This document shows positions 58,865-64,000 of a stretch of DNA of 64,000 bases, piece after piece. A program made the translations under genes and the position numbers. The DNA comes from a virus. The stretch is taken from positions 34,651 to 98,650 of IMG/VR virus record IMGVR_UViG_3300035113_000077; one strand, written 5' to 3'. The notes under the pieces are model-generated. The model was not told the DNA's origin, did not search any database, and worked only from the letters and a program-made list of their open reading frames with translations. The stretch's first letter is position 1. Each line of letters starts with the position of its first letter.

Positions 58865-59884
58865 TTACCCTAAAGCAGTTTTGAAAGCTTCATGCCACGC
58901 AACAATTCTTTTCTTCATATTGTAGTTTTCCATTACTACATTGTACATTTTATTTCCATAGTATAGTCTTTGGTCTTCATTTGTACTCAATTCAAACAAC
59001 TTAGTTTTCCAATCTTTCTCTGTTTCACAGAGCAACCACTTTAAATCATTATCTAATGAAGTAAATTCCAAATATGGTTGCACAGGTGAAGCTAAACATG
59101 GAGTTCTTATGGCACCCATTTCAACCATTTTTAATGCTGACTTACTTCTATTGAATCTATTATTCTCTAAGGGTGCAACTCCGATGTCCCAGTTCCATGT
59201 GGATAGTCTAGCAAAATACTCTTTCACTGGAACCCACGAATGTACTAGTACTCGATTATGATGTAATAAACTTTCACCCGGTGGAACCATTCCAATCCAG
59301 TGCAAGTGAACTTTAGGAACATTTTGTACTACATTAGCAAGCGTATTATGACCCATCTGTTCTAAATCTTTTAAGTGAGTATCTGACCCTGCCCATCCAA
59401 TAACAACTCTATCTTTATTCTTTGGTAGAATTGACTGTTTCAATAATGCAGGATCAATAGCATTAGGAATTGCAACAATTGGAATTCTAGTTCCTATCTT
59501 TTGTTCAACAACTGATTTCAATCTAGTAGTAGAACAAGTAATTATATCACATGTAGAAGCACACGTCATAAATCCACGTTCAAAGTCTTTTATTACTTTA
59601 AGATGATTTTTAGCTGGATTCGAAGCTTGTACACTCCACATGTCGTCGTCCAAATCAAAGCAAATTTTTATTCCAATCTGTTTCATTGCCATTAACGTTT
59701 CATAGTTTTTATCTGATGCTAATCTTTGAACTACTCCTAGTTCACAATCAGAAAAACTCTTATATGAAACTAGTCCCTTTTCATCTGGCATTATATACTT
59801 AGAATTTGGAGTTCGCAAATAAGGTAGCCACATTCTAAAGAATGCGCATCCATCTTCACTAGCTGGAAGAAATGCGACTCTCAT
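58865..59884 (-). CDS. GT-B (GT4-like) glycosyltransferase
   Basis: FDLDDD, IPNAID, IGWAGS.TH..DL, DIGVAPL..NRFNRSKS.LK..E.GA. Confidence 0.88.
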   Translation of the reverse strand: MRVAFLPASEDGCAFFRMWLPYLRTPNSKYIMPDEKGLVSYKSFSDCELGVVQRLASDKNYETLMAMKQIGIKICFDLDDDMWSVQASNPAKNHLKVIKDFERGFMTCASTCDIITCSTTRLKSVVEQKIGTRIPIVAIPNAIDPALLKQSILPKNKDRVVIGWAGSDTHLKDLEQMGHNTLANVVQNVPKVHLHWIGMVPPGESLLHHNRVLVHSWVPVKEYFARLSTWNWDIGVAPLENNRFNRSKSALKMVEMGAIRTPCLASPVQPYLEFTSLDNDLKWLLCETEKDWKTKLFELSTNEDQRLYYGNKMYNVVMENYNMKKRIVAWHEAFKTALG

Positions 59885-60384
59885 TTTAGTTTCCTATTAT
59901 AATCAGCCCAACAGTTTGGGGTTTCATATACTCGTACATTTGTTAACTCTAAACCTTTTTCTTTAATTGAAGAACTAAGTAGTGCAAAAAAGTACCTAGC
60001 TAAATTTTCAGCTGTAGGGATAAAATTCATAATAATTAACTTGCCCATTAAATCATCGTGCATAACAAAGCTATTTAGTGTTTTATCAGATGTGTTACTA
60101 AGTACTATACCACTAGTTGTTAATTTTCTTGGTAAAGCAATATCTTTTACCCATAACATCATTCCATGATCATGAATACCATGAATGTCGTGCATCATTA
60201 ATTCTTTTAAAAATCCAAAGTCTACAACCATACCTTCTTCAGAACTTCCTTCTTCAACACATATTTCTCCACTAACTGTAGCTTGTATTTTGTAGCGATG
60301 CCCGTGAAAACTACGACAAGCACTTTTATGATTTGGGATTCTATGACCTGCATCAATTTCAATTTCTCTAGTTATTTCTTGCAT
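59881..60384 (-). CDS. queD: 6-carboxy-5,6,7,8-tetrahydropterin synthase
   Basis: DAGHRI....CRSFHGHRY, GMVVDFG, DH, PTAENLA, VYETP. Confidence 0.95.
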   Translation of the reverse strand: MQEITREIEIDAGHRIPNHKSACRSFHGHRYKIQATVSGEICVEEGSSEEGMVVDFGFLKELMMHDIHGIHDHGMMLWVKDIALPRKLTTSGIVLSNTSDKTLNSFVMHDDLMGKLIIMNFIPTAENLARYFFALLSSSIKEKGLELTNVRVYETPNCWADYNRKLK

Positions 60385-60871
60385 TTTGTCTCCGTCCGTA
60401 TTCAGCAATAAGAAGTGCATCGGCCCGACCATCATGTTTCTTTAATCTAAAGTACTTCTTTGATCTAGGAAATAATTTCTTAGCTCTTTTTATATTTGAT
60501 GCTTTCTTATTTTCTCTTTTCTTTTTGCCAAAATAAAATCTGGTCCAAGAGATCATTGGTACTAGTTCATATTCTAATCCTAACCCTACAAGGATTCCTT
60601 CCCACAATCCTTTACTTCTTCCAAGTAAGAAGTTAGATACTTTACTTCCTAGAAAAGGATGAACACCTTCAATGAATATTTTTGTTTTCCTCTTTGTTAA
60701 TTGCTTCAATAGCTTTCTACATTTTCTTAAGTCATAATCTTTTGTTTGCTTCTTTTTTCTTGAATATGTTTTTCTAATCTTTGTAGGAGTATCATATATG
60801 TGTGCTCTACCTTTTGAATCTATTAGAGCTACAGCTCCAGATATGCCGGGATCTATACCGATTGATCTCAT
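60368..60871 (-). CDS. RuvC-like Holliday junction resolvase
   Basis: IGIDPG.SGA, FIE, DGRADALLIA. Confidence 0.9.
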   Translation of the reverse strand: MRSIGIDPGISGAVALIDSKGRAHIYDTPTKIRKTYSRKKKQTKDYDLRKCRKLLKQLTKRKTKIFIEGVHPFLGSKVSNFLLGRSKGLWEGILVGLGLEYELVPMISWTRFYFGKKKRENKKASNIKRAKKLFPRSKKYFRLKKHDGRADALLIAEYGRRQNARNN

Positions 60872-61743
60872 TTTGTTTTATCTTTAATCATTTGATATAT
60901 CCTAGGGCTAACCATAAATGAGTTATCGGCTAATTTATAAATTTCATCTTCACAACTAATATGTGTAAAATTCTTCCGTTGTTTCGACCATTTCTTTCTA
61001 ATTCTTTTCTTTTTTGATTTAGGAAATTTAACTTGAACAAGTTTCATTGTAGGTAAATATGGGCTAACATAAACTTTACTTACAGCACTAATTAGTGTTT
61101 CCATACTTAATTATACAGATTCTAGTTTTGTACTTCTTTCACATATTTGTCATAGATTTTTTCAAAAGTAACTTGTTGGTTGCCAAAGAATTTAAACTTA
61201 TCTTCATATCTTTCTAGATTAGTTCTAATACTATCTAGAAATTTCGTTTCGAAGTCATTAAATTCAGTTTCAAAATCATCTAGATCATTAAGCATTTCAG
61301 CAACACGAACTGACTCAAGCTTTGCCATTGCTTATCACCTTTAAGTTCTTTTCTGGAACTTTAAATTTCTTTGTTGTTCCTACAATACAAACTTCATGCC
61401 TAATATGGCCTCTATTATTTGTATCTACATCAGTAGCCATAATAGTTACTTTTTCACCAGTAGGAATGTGTTGCATTATCATTCCACGTTTTATTTTACT
61501 GCTTAGCTTTTCTTTTTGTTTTCCCTTAGCTCTAATAATTGATTCCACTCGATCTGCTGGAATAGCTTTTTCAAGTATTTCTTTATCTCTATCTGATACT
61601 TGAGCATCACTGTAACTAGTTTGTGGATGACCTAATTGCTTTCCTTTGCTTTCAGCAATTTGAAATAGAGTTAAATTGCCGGAGCTAAAATTACGCCCCG
61701 GCAACTGTTTTTCTACAATTGTAACTTTTTCTTCTTTAGCCAT
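60868..61743 (-). CDS. three small hypothetical genes (60868-61104, 61122-61328, 61315-61743)
   Basis: Packed minus-strand ORFs. Confidence 0.5.
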
Positions 61744-61758
61744 TGTACATTACTTCCT

Positions 61759-62343
61759 TCAGAATGTTTTTGACAAACGCATTCCTTCAACTTGTCCAAG
61801 CGTAACTGGTGATCCTGTAACTTTCTGATATGCAGCAATAGCTGCTTCTACATCCTGAATTAGTTCTAGTGGAATGTCTGTTCCAAGTTTTAATTGAGAT
61901 AACAATGCTTCTAAACCAGCTAAGCCTAACTTAAGAGCTTCAATAATATCCATTTATTTCACCAGTCCTTTCACATCATTAATTAATTGATTCAAATTTG
62001 CAAGAGCAGAATTAAGAGCATCAGCTTTAGAAGCAACAGGGGCACAAACAGTTTCTATTGGATCAGTAGGTTTAAATCCACAATATGTCTTAAGAGCTGT
62101 AATTGTTAAATTCTGAGCATCGACACTTTTATTTATTGTTACACAAGTTGTCTTTGATGGAGTAGCAGAGCACTCAGTTTGATATTGACTTTGTGCTTTA
62201 GAAATAAATCCAGTTGCTCCAGCAATTCCATCACGAGCACGTTGCTCGAGAGTTGTTGGTGTTCCCGTAGGAGTAGGGCCAGTTGATTTCTTACATCCAA
62301 ATAACCCAAGTACCATTAAACATACTACAATAGTTCTTTTCAT
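61759..62343 (-). CDS. lipoprotein (61954-62343) and adjacent small hydrophobic protein (61759-61953)
   Basis: LGLFGC lipobox; AGGAG RBS; abutting genes. Confidence 0.6.
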
Positions 62344-62354
62344 TATTTCTCCTT

Positions 62355-63077
62355 TTAATCATTTACTTCTTCAAGTCTTAGACTCATTACTTTACCCAAA
62401 TCATGCCCCCACGTTGCGCCGCCACGATGGCCCACCAAGGCTTTAAAACTACGAATTGTCAACCATCCCAAACTTTGTAACTTATATGAAATTTCATTAT
62501 CACTAAAAATATGAATGTTTCTTTGATTAGTTTCATCCAAATAAATCCCAGGCATTCCTCTTGATGCAGAAGCTTCATATAGAGCTTGCATATTCAAAAG
62601 CCAACAGTGTCCAGTACAGTACCCGGGGTTACCCGGGACACTAGGAGAAGTAATGTTTTGCCAGCGTCTAGGTTCTTCCATAGACATCTCTGAACCAACT
62701 AATCCAACATGAACTCCTAATTGAGCTTCAGCTTCATCTTTAACAGCAAATAATTCTTCTAACCATCCTTCTCCTAATTCTAAATCTACATTTAATGTTA
62801 CCACCCAAGAACTTCTAGCTAGTCTTAAGCCAAGATTATAGGCCCGGGTGAACCACCTCTGTTTCTGTGTTCTAATCAAATGTGAAGACTTGCTGAAAGC
62901 TGGATGATTGTCTACCATGTTTGAAATATGATTTCTACCTACTTCATCACTATTATCATCCACTGCAATAATTCTATAGTCTTTAGTATGCTGATGTAAA
63001 GTATCTAAGCATTTAGATAAACAGTCCTCTGCTGGATATTGTCTAGTTGATCTAATTGATAAAATAATATCTATCAC
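62355..63077 (-). CDS. GT2 (GT-A) glycosyltransferase
   Basis: IIAVDDNS, FTRAYNLGL, TLNVDLE, SDNE, H.GGAT; GTGA overlap with queC. Confidence 0.85.
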   Translation of the reverse strand: MIDIILSIRSTRQYPAEDCLSKCLDTLHQHTKDYRIIAVDDNSDEVGRNHISNMVDNHPAFSKSSHLIRTQKQRWFTRAYNLGLRLARSSWVVTLNVDLELGEGWLEELFAVKDEAEAQLGVHVGLVGSEMSMEEPRRWQNITSPSVPGNPGYCTGHCWLLNMQALYEASASRGMPGIYLDETNQRNIHIFSDNEISYKLQSLGWLTIRSFKALVGHRGGATWGHDLGKVMSLRLEEVND

Positions 63078-64000
63078 TTAATCATCCTCAATGCTTCTAA
63101 GTCTTCGATGCAACGTTTTTCGGAATAATGACTAAAATCTTTCTCATTCAAAGCTTTATTCAAATTGATATTGTACTTATCAATATATTCTTTGCACCCT
63201 ATCTTTGGGTGAATAGCATAGTCTTCAGATGTGTTCATTCCAAATGCTGAAATAAATGATAGATACTTGCGCAAACATGCTTGACACTTTCCACATTGAC
63301 TATGTTCTTTTGAAAAACAAGTTACTGTACTATATCTAATAATGTTTATATCATTTGTTTTAGCAAATTCTTTTAACCAACCGGCTTTAGTATGAGTAGA
63401 CAATGTATCTACATAAACTTCTTTCCCAGTTACTGCTTCATACCAATCTTGCCACTGCCCAATAAATTTCTTTGATTTATCCCCTTTATCTGATTCAAGT
63501 CCTTCACCATCTACTACTGAAAATATAACTACTCCATTGTCTTTAACACATTCAGCAGCAATAGTTAGAAACAAAAAGTTTCTACCTGGAATAATGTGTT
63601 TCCAGTTCTTATAAAGAGGAGTTTCAGAGTCTAAATTACCCAAATCTATATACCTATACTTTAATCCACAGGGTCTTAATTTATTTAAAGCCTCAATTTC
63701 TTTACTAGCATAATCTTGATTAATATCAATATATAGCCCTCTAGGTTTATCAGCTAAAAACCACGCTATCGTACTATCAGCCCCTCCAGATGTAAGACAT
63801 ATTTCATCTAACAATTGTTGACTATTCCAAGGTTTAACTTTTATATCAAAGCCTTCTGGTTTCTCTGGACAATCAATTGATGTTGATAGAACACTTTGCA
63901 ATAACTCTGGTTGTAACTGAGTATGAAAGTTAGTTCCACGTTTTAATGCTGCTATCACTTCAATTGCTGTCTGTACTACTACTGAATCTTTAATATCCAT
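63074..64000 (-). CDS. queC: 7-cyano-7-deazaguanine synthase (may extend beyond the window)
   Basis: SGGADS, Y..KE, IPGRNFLF, DKS, TCF...CGKCQAC. Confidence 0.9.
   Translation of the reverse strand: MDIKDSVVVQTAIEVIAALKRGTNFHTQLQPELLQSVLSTSIDCPEKPEGFDIKVKPWNSQQLLDEICLTSGGADSTIAWFLADKPRGLYIDINQDYASKEIEALNKLRPCGLKYRYIDLGNLDSETPLYKNWKHIIPGRNFLFLTIAAECVKDNGVVIFSVVDGEGLESDKGDKSKKFIGQWQDWYEAVTGKEVYVDTLSTHTKAGWLKEFAKTNDINIIRYSTVTCFSKEHSQCGKCQACLRKYLSFISAFGMNTSEDYAIHPKIGCKEYIDKYNINLNKALNEKDFSHYSEKRCIEDLEALRMIK

Noticed and set aside
2264-61603. All plus-strand ORFs in the track
   Set aside because: Short antisense shadows of well-supported minus-strand genes, with no recognisable motifs
63074-64000. 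QueC as a QatC/Cap9-type defence protein
   Set aside because: QueD, QueE and DpdA are present and there is no TatD or CBASS context; base biosynthesis is more parsimonious

Overview
A 64-kb, AT-rich segment of a large tailed dsDNA phage. The long tape measure, frameshifted tail chaperone and absence of a recognisable sheath suggest a siphovirus. Essentially all real genes are on the minus strand, so transcription runs right to left. 54-64 kb holds QueC/QueD/QueE, three glycosyltransferases, RuvC, a GroES-like protein and the terminase large subunit. 38-54 kb is an early/accessory region with two near-consensus sigma70 promoters, an FtsK-like ATPase, DNA ligase, a GT9 glycosyltransferase, tRNA-Arg, SLOG and SWIB proteins. 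15-38 kb is the virion module (portal, protease/scaffold, capsid, neck, tail tube, chaperones, tape measure, 2179-aa tail protein). 0-15 kb covers replication and nucleotide metabolism (SF2 helicase, dCTP deaminase, DnaB-like helicase, primase, 5'-3' exonuclease, sigma-like factor, ThyX). A DpdA/TGT-like transglycosylase missed by the ORF track runs off the left edge. Main highlights: (i) a strand-polarised 12-bp motif (AAAGTTGGCAGC) repeated 10 times, 9 of them in the ~6 kb around a gamma-less, Zn-finger FtsK; (ii) a 7-deazaguanine DNA-modification pathway translationally coupled to glycosyltransferases, with an atypical CX34CX9C QueE; (iii) a tail protein with nested domains that ends in a non-splicing Hint domain; (iv) a putative [ILV]-x-A maturation motif and GGPGSGR-tagged small head proteins. 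All family calls come from motif recognition by eye; no searches were run. No integrase, DNA polymerase, FolE or CRISPR array was seen in the window.
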